A DNA stretch of 32,000 nt, taken from Terriglobia bacterium. Its GTDB lineage: Bacteria; Acidobacteriota; Terriglobia; Terriglobales; Acidobacteriaceae. The translations under genes and the position numbers were made by a program. The stretch lies in assembly GCA_041494805.1 (NCBI GenBank), contig JBGQBN010000009.1, positions 1-32,000 of the forward strand. Reading direction: 5' to 3'. Positions 15,734 through 24,042 of the stretch are shown here, in pieces. Within the stretch, counting starts at the first letter, position 1, and the number at the start of each line of letters is the position of its first letter. The notes below the pieces were generated by a model, which saw only the letters and a program-made list of their open reading frames with translations, was not told where the DNA came from and searched no databases.

Positions 15734-17296
15734 TTAGCCTACCTGCCAAACCGTATCCAGCACTGTCCCGTCCACCCACTTCACCACCGCGACCGGCCGG
15801 TCCCCAAGCTTCGGCCGCGCCGGCTTCCCGCCGCAAATCCGCTCCACTTCGGACTTGATGTCCTGGAGCGGCCGGATGGGCAGCTTCGAACCCTTCACCG
15901 CATCCAGCAAATCCTGACGCCGCGGATTGACCGCAATCCCACGCTCCGTCACCACCACATCAATCAGCTCGCCCGGCCCGGTCAACGTCGTCACTTCATC
16001 CACGATCACCGGAATGCGGTCGCGGAACGACGGCACCGCCAGAATCGTGCATCCCGCCGCCAGACAGTTCTGCCACCCGCCAATCCCGTGCAACAGCCGC
16101 CCATCGGAATGCGTCACCACATTGCCATTGAAGTTCACATCCACTTCAGTCGCGCCCAATACCACCGCATCCACCATCGAAGCGAACGAACCTTTGCCGT
16201 GAAAGTTGTACGAAGTGAACGGAGACGTGGGCACGTGTCGCGGATCGCTGGCAATGGATTTCACGGCGTCGAGATCGAACGTCTGTCCGTCGAGAATGTA
16301 ATCGGTCAATCCTTCCTGCAGCATCTCCACCAGATACCGCGTGGATCCGCCGCGCACGAAACGCGCTTTCACGCCATCTTCTTTCATCATGCGTCGCAAA
16401 TAATCGACGAACGCCAGCGCAATCCCGCCTGCCCCTGCCTGGAAGGAAAATCCGTTGCGCATGATCCCCGCCTCGCGCAGGAACCGCGCCACAAACTCCG
16501 CAATCCGCAATCGATCGGGCGAGCGTGTGATCTGGGTTGTCCCCGAAACAATCTTCGTCGGATCGCCGATCGACTCCACCTCAACCACAAAGTCCACATT
16601 GTTGCCCTGGATTTGCCAGGGAAGACAAGGGAACGGCACCAGGCTGTCGGTGACCACGATTACCTGGTCGGCGTACATGGAATCCGCCAGCGCAAACCCC
16701 AGCGATCCGCAAGCCGACTTGCCATGCGACCCATCGGCGTTGCCGAAAGAGTCGGCTGTCGGCGCAGCGATCACCGCGATGTCAACGTGCACCTCGCCAT
16801 CCTGTATGGCCTGCCAACGCCCTCCGTGCGAGCGCAGCACGCCCATGCCCCGCATCTTGCCCTGGGTGCAGTAGTCGCCCAGCGGCCCATTCATCGAGCC
16901 TTCAATGTGATGAATGACCCCCGACTGCATCAGCTCAATCGCACTTTTCTGCGAGGGAAATGAAGCGCTGGGAAACCACAGCAAATCTTTGACGCCGATT
17001 TTTGCCGCCGCCTCAAGCGCCATCAAAGCAACGCGGTCGCCGTCCCGCAGGTGATGATGATTAGAGATCACCATGCCATCGCGCAGCCCACACCTGCTCA
17101 AGGCAGTTTCGAGATCCGTCACGCGCTTGTCGCCGTTCTCCGGATAATCCTTATTCGAGCGAACCGGCGGCGCAGTCTTGCGCGCCCGCGGCTGGTACTT
17201 GGCCACACCCAGATAAGGAATCTGCGGCTTGCCATTGACCATGGCCGGCACCATCCGCCCCGCCGCATTCTGTGCCACTTCCACTCTCTCGCTCAT
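15734..17296 (-). CDS. citF: Citrate lyase alpha subunit (citrate CoA-transferase)
   Basis: It is 520 aa, with the CitF pattern ISNHHHLRDGD, HHIEGSMNGP, LRSHGGR, DIAVIAAPTADSFGNA, GSLGFA and FSFQAGAGGIALA. The SD GGGAG precedes the ATG at 17296. Confidence 0.92.
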   Translation of the reverse strand: MSERVEVAQNAAGRMVPAMVNGKPQIPYLGVAKYQPRARKTAPPVRSNKDYPENGDKRVTDLETALSRCGLRDGMVISNHHHLRDGDRVALMALEAAAKIGVKDLLWFPSASFPSQKSAIELMQSGVIHHIEGSMNGPLGDYCTQGKMRGMGVLRSHGGRWQAIQDGEVHVDIAVIAAPTADSFGNADGSHGKSACGSLGFALADSMYADQVIVVTDSLVPFPCLPWQIQGNNVDFVVEVESIGDPTKIVSGTTQITRSPDRLRIAEFVARFLREAGIMRNGFSFQAGAGGIALAFVDYLRRMMKEDGVKARFVRGGSTRYLVEMLQEGLTDYILDGQTFDLDAVKSIASDPRHVPTSPFTSYNFHGKGSFASMVDAVVLGATEVDVNFNGNVVTHSDGRLLHGIGGWQNCLAAGCTILAVPSFRDRIPVIVDEVTTLTGPGELIDVVVTERGIAVNPRRQDLLDAVKGSKLPIRPLQDIKSEVERICGGKPARPKLGDRPVAVVKWVDGTVLDTVWQVG

Positions 17297-17323
17297 TCCA
17301 CTCCCTTTGGCTCAAGTTCCATT

Positions 17324-17358
17324 GTCATCCTGAGCGGGCTTCCAGCCCGCGAAGGACC
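17324..17358. repeat. GC hairpin element GTCATCCTGAGCGGGCTTCCAGCCCGCGAAGGACC in the citDE-citF gap
   Basis: GCGGGCT (17334-17340) pairs with AGCCCGC (17344-17350) around the loop TCC. The flanks GTCATCCTGAGC/GAAGGACC resemble a repeat class I recall seeing in soil-bacterial intergenic regions (memory only). A second CTTCCAG-centred hairpin is at 27989-28009. Confidence 0.45.
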
Positions 17359-17406
17359 TATGCACCTGTCTGGCCCACCGAGGCGACGCATCCTTCTTAT
17401 CGGCAG

Positions 17407-18618
17407 CTACGCTTTCCCCATCTGCTTCGCTCGCGCCATCAGCTTCTGCGCCCGTTCCACCACCGGCGCATCAATCATTTTCGACCCGAGGCTCACCACA
17501 CCCAGCCCCTTCTGCTGCGCGTCTTCAAACGCCGCCACAATCTTCATCGCTTTCTCAATCTCGGCTGCTGAAGGCGCAAACCCTTCATGGATAACCGGGA
17601 TCTGCGAAGGATGAACGCATCCCATCCCTTCGAACCCCAGCCCGCGGGAGTTCTCTGCCCAGCGCCGCAAGCCATCCAGATCGCCCACTTCCCCGAACAC
17701 GGAATCAATCGCCTGAATCCCCGCCGCCTTGGCCGCATTCACCAGGCGCGTGCGCGCGTAGAGCGACTCGCGTCCTTCCGCGGTCTTCACCACGCCCATG
17801 TCGGCGGTGTAGTCCTCCAGCCCAATGGTTAGTGCGGCCACATTCGCACTCGCCATAGCGATCGCGGCAGCGTTCTCGATCCCGAATGCAGACTCCAGAA
17901 TCGGCATCAGCCAGATCGGACGAGTGATGCCGTAGCGGACCTTCAGTTCGCCAATCATCCGGTCCACTTCCGCCACCTGCTCAGCCTGCTCCACTTTGGG
18001 GATCAGCACCAGATCCAGCGCTTCCGGAATAATTTCCGCAAGGTCTTCGAGCCCCATAGGAAGCTGATTGATCCTCACCATGCGCTCGCATGCGCCAAAA
18101 TCCACCGCGCGCAGAGTGTTGCGCACCAGAACGCGGGCAGCATCCTTTTCCGCGTGATGAACCGAATCTTCAAGATCGAGAATGATGGCATCCGGCCCAT
18201 GCAGCCCGGCATTGATAAAGTATTTCGGTTCCGTGCCCGGCAGATACAGCCGCGACCTGCGCAAGCGATCCCGCCGCGACGGCTCGCCCAGTGCAATCTT
18301 TTCAGGAGAGGCTTTCCTCCCGACGCCCAGGCCCGCGCGTTTGGCGGCCGTCTCGATCCGCGCAGCAATCACATAGGGAAGCGCGCCTTCATCGTGAATG
18401 GCGACCTGCGCGTGCTTTACGCCAAGCGTCCCGAGCACTTGTCGCGCCTGTGCCATGATCGAGGCGCCGTAGTACGGCGCGACGCGGGACTCCAGAGTAA
18501 TCTCCAGACCCCCGCCCTCCCGCGGCTCGATGGCCACGTGCAAATCCGAGCGCACATCCTTGCCCCAATGACCGGCTTCCGCCGGATGCGCTTTCGTTGT
18601 CTGTTGTGAAGCACTCAT
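17407..18618 (-). CDS. citDE: Fused citrate lyase acyl-carrier (gamma, CitD) and citryl-CoA lyase (beta, CitE) protein
   Basis: The N-terminal ~100 aa look CitD-like: RSDLHVAIEP aligns with E. coli/Klebsiella ESSDVMVRIGP, which carries the prosthetic-group serine, and ..VAIHDEGALPYVIAARIE aligns with ..DDKGALDCVLRARLE. After a basic linker, a full CitE/HpcH-type domain follows (SRLYLPG, DAIILDLEDSV, ILESA.GIENA, GLEDYTADMG, GFEGMGCVHPSQI). Confidence 0.88.
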   Translation of the reverse strand: MSASQQTTKAHPAEAGHWGKDVRSDLHVAIEPREGGGLEITLESRVAPYYGASIMAQARQVLGTLGVKHAQVAIHDEGALPYVIAARIETAAKRAGLGVGRKASPEKIALGEPSRRDRLRRSRLYLPGTEPKYFINAGLHGPDAIILDLEDSVHHAEKDAARVLVRNTLRAVDFGACERMVRINQLPMGLEDLAEIIPEALDLVLIPKVEQAEQVAEVDRMIGELKVRYGITRPIWLMPILESAFGIENAAAIAMASANVAALTIGLEDYTADMGVVKTAEGRESLYARTRLVNAAKAAGIQAIDSVFGEVGDLDGLRRWAENSRGLGFEGMGCVHPSQIPVIHEGFAPSAAEIEKAMKIVAAFEDAQQKGLGVVSLGSKMIDAPVVERAQKLMARAKQMGKA

Positions 18619-18634
18619 AGTGGACCGTGTTGAG

Positions 18635-18681
18635 ACCGTGTGGGGACGGGCGACTCGCCCGTCCGCGGAGTGCAGCTCCGC
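18635..18681. repeat. ACCGTGTGG box plus two GC hairpins in the dehydrogenase-citDE gap
   Basis: ACCGTGTGG is at 18635-18643, with a partial duplicate GACCGTGT at 18623-18630. GGACGGGCGA (18644-18653) pairs with TCGCCCGTCC (18655-18664). GCGGAG (18665-18670) pairs with CTCCGC (18676-18681). There is no U-tract. Confidence 0.5.
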
Positions 18682-18684
18682 AGC

Positions 18685-19872
18685 CTACTTCAACTTCTCC
18701 AAAATCGCATCCCCCATCTGGACCGAGCTCGCCGCCCCCTGACTGAGTGACTTGCTCCCGCCAGAAATCCGCATCATGTCGTAGGTCCGCACCTTGCCCT
18801 CTTTCACCACGTCCGCGATCGCTTTGCGGATGCGGTCGGCTTTGGCCCCCTCTCCCACATGGTCCAGCATCATCGCCGAGGAAAGAATCATCGCGATCGG
18901 ATTCACAATGGGCGGATTCAGTTCCGCATACTTGGGCGCCGACCCATGCGTTGGCTCAAACACCGCAATCTCGTCGCCGATATTTCCCGAAGCCGCGAAG
19001 CCCAGCCCACCCACCAACCCCGCGAATGCGTCCGACAGAATATCGCCGAACAGGTTCGAGGCAATAATCACGTTGTAGTCTTCCGGATTCTTGTTCAGCC
19101 ACATCAGCTGCGCGTCAATGTTCGTCGACCACAGCGCAATGCCCGGATAGTTCTTGGCCACATCCTTGGCGGCGTCTTCCATCAATCCGGAAGTCTCGCG
19201 CAGCACATTGGGCTTTTCGCAGATGGTCACGCCCTTGAAGCCGCGTTTCTTGGCGTACTCAAATGCGGCGGTAGCAATGCGACGCGCTGCTGGCCGCGTA
19301 ATGATGCGCACACTGACCGCCATGTCCGCACTGGGCACGTTCGCGAAAGCCTTGAACCTGGGATGGGAGTTCAGGGTAGCGCGCACATTCTCCGGCGGAT
19401 TTGTCCACTCCACGCCGGTGTACATGCCCTCGGTGTTCTGCCGGAAAACGGTGGTGTCAATCCGCGGCTCGTCAAACCCGCTATCCGCACGTTTACGAAT
19501 ATAGTTCAGCGGATTCCCCGGAAACCCGATGCAAGGCCGCATGCAGACATCCAAATTGAATTTCTGCCGCATGGTCACGATCGGGCTGTAGTACACGTAG
19601 CCCTTGCCGCGCAATTCCGGCTTCAGCTCACCCTGGGCTTCTTTGTTCGGCTTCGACGTGATCGCGCCAAACAGTCCCAGCTGGTGTTTCGCCAGCAGGT
19701 CAAGCGTGCGCTGGGGCAGCGCGTTGCCCTCATTGACCCAGCACTCCCAACCAATGTCCGCAGGAACATACTCCGCATCAAACCCGACTGCCTTCAAAAT
19801 CCGCAATGCCTCCGGCAGGACTTGGTTACCGATCCCGTCGCCCGGCATCGTGACTACGGTGTACTTCGCCAT
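18685..19872 (-). CDS. Isocitrate/isopropylmalate dehydrogenase-family beta-decarboxylating dehydrogenase (substrate unresolved)
   Basis: Motifs are MPGDGIGNQV, YYSPIVTMRQKFNLDVCMRP, VFRQNTEGMYTGVEW, NLFGDILSD and EPTHGSAPK. The protein is 395 aa. The SD GGGGAGAG precedes the ATG at 19872. Confidence 0.88.
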   Translation of the reverse strand: MAKYTVVTMPGDGIGNQVLPEALRILKAVGFDAEYVPADIGWECWVNEGNALPQRTLDLLAKHQLGLFGAITSKPNKEAQGELKPELRGKGYVYYSPIVTMRQKFNLDVCMRPCIGFPGNPLNYIRKRADSGFDEPRIDTTVFRQNTEGMYTGVEWTNPPENVRATLNSHPRFKAFANVPSADMAVSVRIITRPAARRIATAAFEYAKKRGFKGVTICEKPNVLRETSGLMEDAAKDVAKNYPGIALWSTNIDAQLMWLNKNPEDYNVIIASNLFGDILSDAFAGLVGGLGFAASGNIGDEIAVFEPTHGSAPKYAELNPPIVNPIAMILSSAMMLDHVGEGAKADRIRKAIADVVKEGKVRTYDMMRISGGSKSLSQGAASSVQMGDAILEKLK

Positions 19873-19994
19873 TCACTCTCCCCGAAAACCAAAATCTTGA
19901 ACCGCAGAGGACGCCGAGAGCGCGAAGAGAGGATTAACGCGAACCTAGGTAATTCTTCCTCCACGTCCGCAGCGTACTCGGCGGTGTTCATTCT

Positions 19995-21929
19995 TTAAGC
20001 CAGTCCCAACCGCTTCGCCACCAGATTCTCCGCCCCCCCGGCAATCACCAACGACTGCGGCACGCTGCCCAGCGGCGGAAACCCAAACTCCTCCCCACGC
20101 CAGTGAATCACTCCCGCGGTGAAATCCACTTCAATCTCATCCCCCGGAATGATCGTCTTCTCCTTTGATCCTGCAAATTGCTCGCGCAACCGCTTCACCA
20201 GTTCCGGCACTTCCACGCAAAGAAAACCATTGTTATAAGCGTTTCGCAGATAGGTCTGCGAGAAACTCGCCGCAATCACCAGTGGAATCCCCTTGGCCTT
20301 GAGACAAGTGACTGCCTGCTCACGGCTCGACCCAGTGCCAAAATTAAAGCTGCTCACGATCACATCGCCGGCGCGCGTGCGCCCGGCAAACTGCGGATCA
20401 TAATTCTCCATGACCACGTTGGCCATCATCTCGGGAGTCATGTCGTCGCGGTAAGTGTAGTCTTTTCCATAAATGGCATCGGTGTTGACGTTATCCTGCG
20501 GCATGAACACCAGCCGCCCCCGCACCCGCTCCGGAAACCCGGGGAGGATATCAACTTTCTCTGCGGCTGCACCCGTGGCAAACTCGGTGTAGACGCGCGC
20601 CGGCGTACGCTCCCCCAGTTCATGAGGTCCGCGGATGTAGCCCGCCACGGCGGAAGCCGCCACCACTTCCGGACTTGCCAGATAACATTTCGCGTCGCGC
20701 GAGCCCATGCGGCCCTTGAAGTTCCGGTTGGTGGCCGAAATTCCAACCTCACCCGGCTCGAGCAAGCCGATGCCGAGCCCAATACAAGGCCCGCATCCAG
20801 CCGGCAGCGGGTTCGCTCCCGCGTCCAGCAACGTCTGCCAGATGCCGCGCCTCTCGGCTTCTTCCTGGACCCACTTGCTCGCTGCGCCCAGGTAAAACTT
20901 CACGCCCGCCGCGACTTTCTTTCCCTTCATCACCGTCGCGGCAGCTTCCAGATCCTCCACTCGCGAGTTCACGCAGGAAAGCAGATACGCCTTCTGGATA
21001 GGAACCCTCTTCCTCTCCATCTCCGCCAGCGAACTCATCACTTGCACTGTATCGGGGCCCGACACATGAGGCGTGACCTGGCCCAAATCGAGCACAATCC
21101 GCGCCGCATACGTGGCCCCCGCATCCGGGCGGGGTGGATTCTTGGCCCAGTTCTCCATGTCTTTTTCCGAAAACCGCTCGATGCCGGTTGCCTTAAGGCG
21201 CTGATGTACGCCGCGAAGGTACTTGATCGTGACCTCATCCACCGGGAACCAGCCTACCAGCGGCCCCCACTCGGTGCTCATGTTCGAGATCGAAAACCGT
21301 GCGTCCATGGATAGGCTGGCCACGCCCGGGCCGGAGAATTCCACCGCCGCGTTCAACACTTCATCGTGGTTGTAAAGGCCGCACAGCGTGATGATGATGT
21401 CCTTGCCGGTAGCGCCCCCCGGCAACTTGCCTTCCAGCACCACTTCGATCGAGCGCGGAATCTGCCACCAGAATTCTCCCGTAGCCCAAACCGCAGCCGC
21501 GTCGGTGCGCACGATGGGCGTGCCGGTCGCCCCCAACGCGCCATACATATTGGAGTGTGAATCCGAAGCCACCACGAAAGATCCGGGCACGACGTATCCA
21601 CGTTCCACCATGATCTGGTGCCCGATACCCGAGCCTGCGGGGTAAAAATCCACTCCCTGCTGCTTGGCGAAGGCTTCGATGGCCCGGTACTTGGAGAGAT
21701 TCGCATCCTCTTTGTTCTGAATGTCGTGGTCGAGCGCAAACACCAGCTGCTTCGGATCGTAAATCTTCTTCGCCCCAATCGCCTTGAACTTGCTCATCAC
21801 CGCCGAAGTGTTGTCGTGGGTCATGACATGATGAGGGCGGATGGAAACGAAATCCCCAGTCCGCAGTGGCCGCTTCGGCCCTTCCGCCAGGTGGGATTGC
21901 GCAATGTTTTCAACCACGGTTTGAGCCAT
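19995..21929 (-). CDS. Aconitase-family hydro-lyase, fused large+small (LeuC/LeuD-like) domains, homoaconitase-like
   Basis: Motifs are GIGHQIMVE, ASDSHSNMYGALG and TPIVRTDAAAVWATGEFWWQIP. Putative Fe-S ligands are in SCVNSR and GCGPCIG. The swivel-domain motif is NFGTGSSREQA. The ATG at 21929 has CAGGAG 8 nt upstream; the ORF extension to 22112 overlaps the PrpD gene and is rejected. Confidence 0.88.
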   Translation of the reverse strand: MAQTVVENIAQSHLAEGPKRPLRTGDFVSIRPHHVMTHDNTSAVMSKFKAIGAKKIYDPKQLVFALDHDIQNKEDANLSKYRAIEAFAKQQGVDFYPAGSGIGHQIMVERGYVVPGSFVVASDSHSNMYGALGATGTPIVRTDAAAVWATGEFWWQIPRSIEVVLEGKLPGGATGKDIIITLCGLYNHDEVLNAAVEFSGPGVASLSMDARFSISNMSTEWGPLVGWFPVDEVTIKYLRGVHQRLKATGIERFSEKDMENWAKNPPRPDAGATYAARIVLDLGQVTPHVSGPDTVQVMSSLAEMERKRVPIQKAYLLSCVNSRVEDLEAAATVMKGKKVAAGVKFYLGAASKWVQEEAERRGIWQTLLDAGANPLPAGCGPCIGLGIGLLEPGEVGISATNRNFKGRMGSRDAKCYLASPEVVAASAVAGYIRGPHELGERTPARVYTEFATGAAAEKVDILPGFPERVRGRLVFMPQDNVNTDAIYGKDYTYRDDMTPEMMANVVMENYDPQFAGRTRAGDVIVSSFNFGTGSSREQAVTCLKAKGIPLVIAASFSQTYLRNAYNNGFLCVEVPELVKRLREQFAGSKEKTIIPGDEIEVDFTAGVIHWRGEEFGFPPLGSVPQSLVIAGGAENLVAKRLGLA

Positions 21930-21966
21930 ACAAGAAACTCCTGACAGCCGCGAAACCCCATGATCC

Positions 21967-21992
21967 GTAGAGACGTAGCTTGCTACGTCTCC
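21967..21992. repeat. Palindromic intergenic element GTAGAGACGTAGCTTGCTACGTCTCC, copy 2
   Basis: It matches copy 1 (3231-3256) at 25 of 26 positions. It lies between the PrpD-family stop (22013) and the aconitase-like start (21929). Confidence 0.7.
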
Positions 21993-22012
21993 TCCGTGTC
22001 CTCGTTCCGTCC

Positions 22013-23449
22013 TCAGCGCCGTTTTCGCCGCGCTGATCTCTTCGGCCCCCTGACGTCCGCCTTCATCAACCCCATCAGCTTCGAAACCGAACCCGCCTTC
22101 TCCAAGCCCCAAATGGCGTCCTTCAATTTCTTCTGCGCCACCTTCGACAGCACACCTTCCGCCAGCGCCGCGAACTTTTCCTCCACTTCCTGGTCCGTAA
22201 GCGGGTTCCGCGGGTCGCCTTTGGGAAAATCCAACTGCTTGGTAAACGTGCGGCCGTCCGTGGTGGTCAGGTTTACGATCACCCGCTGCAGCGCCGGGAA
22301 AACCTTCTCAATCTCGGGATCGGCGACGACCTCGACCTTCTTCAACTGCGCCCGAATGGTCGGGTCCATGATCTTCTTCATCTCGAACTGCACCGGGGTG
22401 ACTTGCCGGTCGGCCACTGCCGCCGCGATCACGTAAGGCAGCGAGTGGTCGGCGGTCTCTTTCGTCCGCGGATCATACTTGCTCGGATCAGAAAGAATAT
22501 CCGCCGCGCGCGCCAAAGACCGAATCTGCACCTTCTGCACCTGTTCCGGCCTCAGATTGTTCGATTTCACAATGTCGAGCACCGCGGAAATCGGCGTGTG
22601 GGTCAGCGCCTCGGTAGGGAACGCTTTCATGCCGCATTGCGTGATGCGCCACGATTCGCCCAGCCCATCGGTGAGAATGTTTAGTTTCCACTCCGGACCA
22701 AAGCAGTGAGTCAGCCCTTCCTTTCCGTCCACTACGTGTTCCGGGCCCGTGTAACCCTTCTCAGCCATCAACGCCGCCAACACTCCACTCTGCGTCGCCA
22801 TCGGGTCAACCGTGTTCTTCATCATGGTCAACTTGCCGGCGGTGACTGCACCCAAAGTGGCGTGACGGCTGGCAGAGATGCCGACCGCATGTTGAATCTG
22901 CTCCCATCCAAGACGTAACGCCCGTCCCGCAACGAAGGGCGAAACAAATGCGGTCAACGTCGCATGATGCCATCCCCGCTCCCGAATGCCTGGAAACGCG
23001 GCCTCGCAAAAGCGCATTTCAAATTCGTGTCCCAGCACGAGTCCGACGATCAGCTCTTTGCCATTGCTCTTCGCGCGTTCGCAGCAGGCCAGGGCAGCGG
23101 GAAAAATATCGGACGGATGCGACGGATCCTGCTTCCAGTAGATGTCGTTGTAATCCATGCAGCGGATCATCAACGCATTAGCCAGCGAAGCCGAGACCGC
23201 ATCGATCTTCTGACCTGTGCCGATGACGGTCGCGGGCCAGCGCCCAGCGATCTCATCAAGCACTTCGAGCGCGATCTTCACATCATGCTGCTGGTAGCCC
23301 CCCAGGGCGCAGCCGACGGAATCGAGCAGAAAACGTTTCGCATGGTAAGCCGCGTCCTGGGACAGGTGCTGGTACTCCAGACCAGCGGCCCACCGCGCCA
23401 TCCCGGCGGTGATTGTTTCTTTCGTAGCGCTCTCTTTCCCGGCAGACAA
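22013..23449 (-). CDS. MmgE/PrpD-family protein (2-methylcitrate dehydratase-like; specificity unknown)
   Basis: It is 478 aa with PrpD-family N- and C-terminal domain patterns (FLLDSVGCALGG, MIRCMDYNDIY, HPSD, GWHHAT, CGMKAFPTEALTH). The TTG start at 23449 has AGGAGAG upstream and lies 8 nt after the HD-gene stop. Confidence 0.9.
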   Translation of the reverse strand: MSAGKESATKETITAGMARWAAGLEYQHLSQDAAYHAKRFLLDSVGCALGGYQQHDVKIALEVLDEIAGRWPATVIGTGQKIDAVSASLANALMIRCMDYNDIYWKQDPSHPSDIFPAALACCERAKSNGKELIVGLVLGHEFEMRFCEAAFPGIRERGWHHATLTAFVSPFVAGRALRLGWEQIQHAVGISASRHATLGAVTAGKLTMMKNTVDPMATQSGVLAALMAEKGYTGPEHVVDGKEGLTHCFGPEWKLNILTDGLGESWRITQCGMKAFPTEALTHTPISAVLDIVKSNNLRPEQVQKVQIRSLARAADILSDPSKYDPRTKETADHSLPYVIAAAVADRQVTPVQFEMKKIMDPTIRAQLKKVEVVADPEIEKVFPALQRVIVNLTTTDGRTFTKQLDFPKGDPRNPLTDQEVEEKFAALAEGVLSKVAQKKLKDAIWGLEKAGSVSKLMGLMKADVRGPKRSARRKRR

Positions 23450-23457
23450 TATCTCTC

Positions 23458-24042
23458 CTATTTCACCTTAATGTTCTTTGGATTCTTGAACGGCAGGAAC
23501 GCCATGAAGTCGGCATGGTGCACGATATAAGCCTCGGTGGTGCGCTTCACCAGGTCACCCTCGGCGGCGTGCGCAGCAATGATGTGGCAGACTTCATCGG
23601 GTACGCCGCACTCCAGCGCCAGCGCGACTCCGGTAAAGGGATGGCGCAGGGCCTCGCCACGCTCACTTTGGCGGCTCTTGCCGTCCGGGCCGAGTTCGTA
23701 CTCCAGCAACTTGCCCACATCGGCGAGAATGGCGCCCGCGATGACCGTGTCCAGGTCGATGGGCAGCGCGCGTCCCATGAATTCCTGCATGGACTCGGCA
23801 CTCTGGCGCGCAATGTGTACCACGCAGCGCTTGTGTTCCATGAAAGTAATGGGACAGTTGGGCACGAGCAAGGTGAACGGGATGCGGTTCAGGTCGTCAG
23901 GCTTCAGCGGACTGCGCTCCAACGCTTTGATCCATGTGTTAGTGACCTGCTCGCGCAGTCTCTTGTTTTCGATCCACTGAATCTCCGGCCACAGCTTGGC
24001 GACCGCCTCACGCATGCGCTCCGACCTCCATTCCGAAAACAT
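23458..24042 (-). CDS. HD-superfamily-like protein with variant metal motif
   Basis: It is 194 aa. The pattern is F.EHKRCVVHIA ... AILADVGK ... RHPFTG ... IIAAHAAEG ... HHADF, which matches the HD-domain layout, but the canonical HD doublet reads AD. Confidence 0.65.
   Translation of the reverse strand: MFSEWRSERMREAVAKLWPEIQWIENKRLREQVTNTWIKALERSPLKPDDLNRIPFTLLVPNCPITFMEHKRCVVHIARQSAESMQEFMGRALPIDLDTVIAGAILADVGKLLEYELGPDGKSRQSERGEALRHPFTGVALALECGVPDEVCHIIAAHAAEGDLVKRTTEAYIVHHADFMAFLPFKNPKNIKVK

Noticed and set aside
15617-16963. 448-aa ORF on the + strand
   Set aside because: It is entirely antisense to the strongly supported citF gene. The product is R/H/P-rich and low-complexity with no recognisable motif or RBS. 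This is the typical shadow ORF of GC-rich DNA.
19873-19994. Intergenic CCGCAGAGGACGCCGAGAGCGCG..CGCAGCGTACTCGGCGGTG segment as a defined hairpin or terminator
   Set aside because: It resembles a GC-rich dispersed-repeat remnant. I could not draw a convincing continuous stem, only short pairings such as GAACCGC with GCGGTGTTC (the latter having two extra bases). I left it unannotated.
21930-22112. N-terminal extension of the aconitase-like ORF (705-aa version)
   Set aside because: The extension overlaps the 3' end of the PrpD-family gene by 100 nt and runs through the 26-nt palindromic repeat (translating as ..GDVASYVST..). It precedes a well-placed SD+ATG at 21929, where homology begins.
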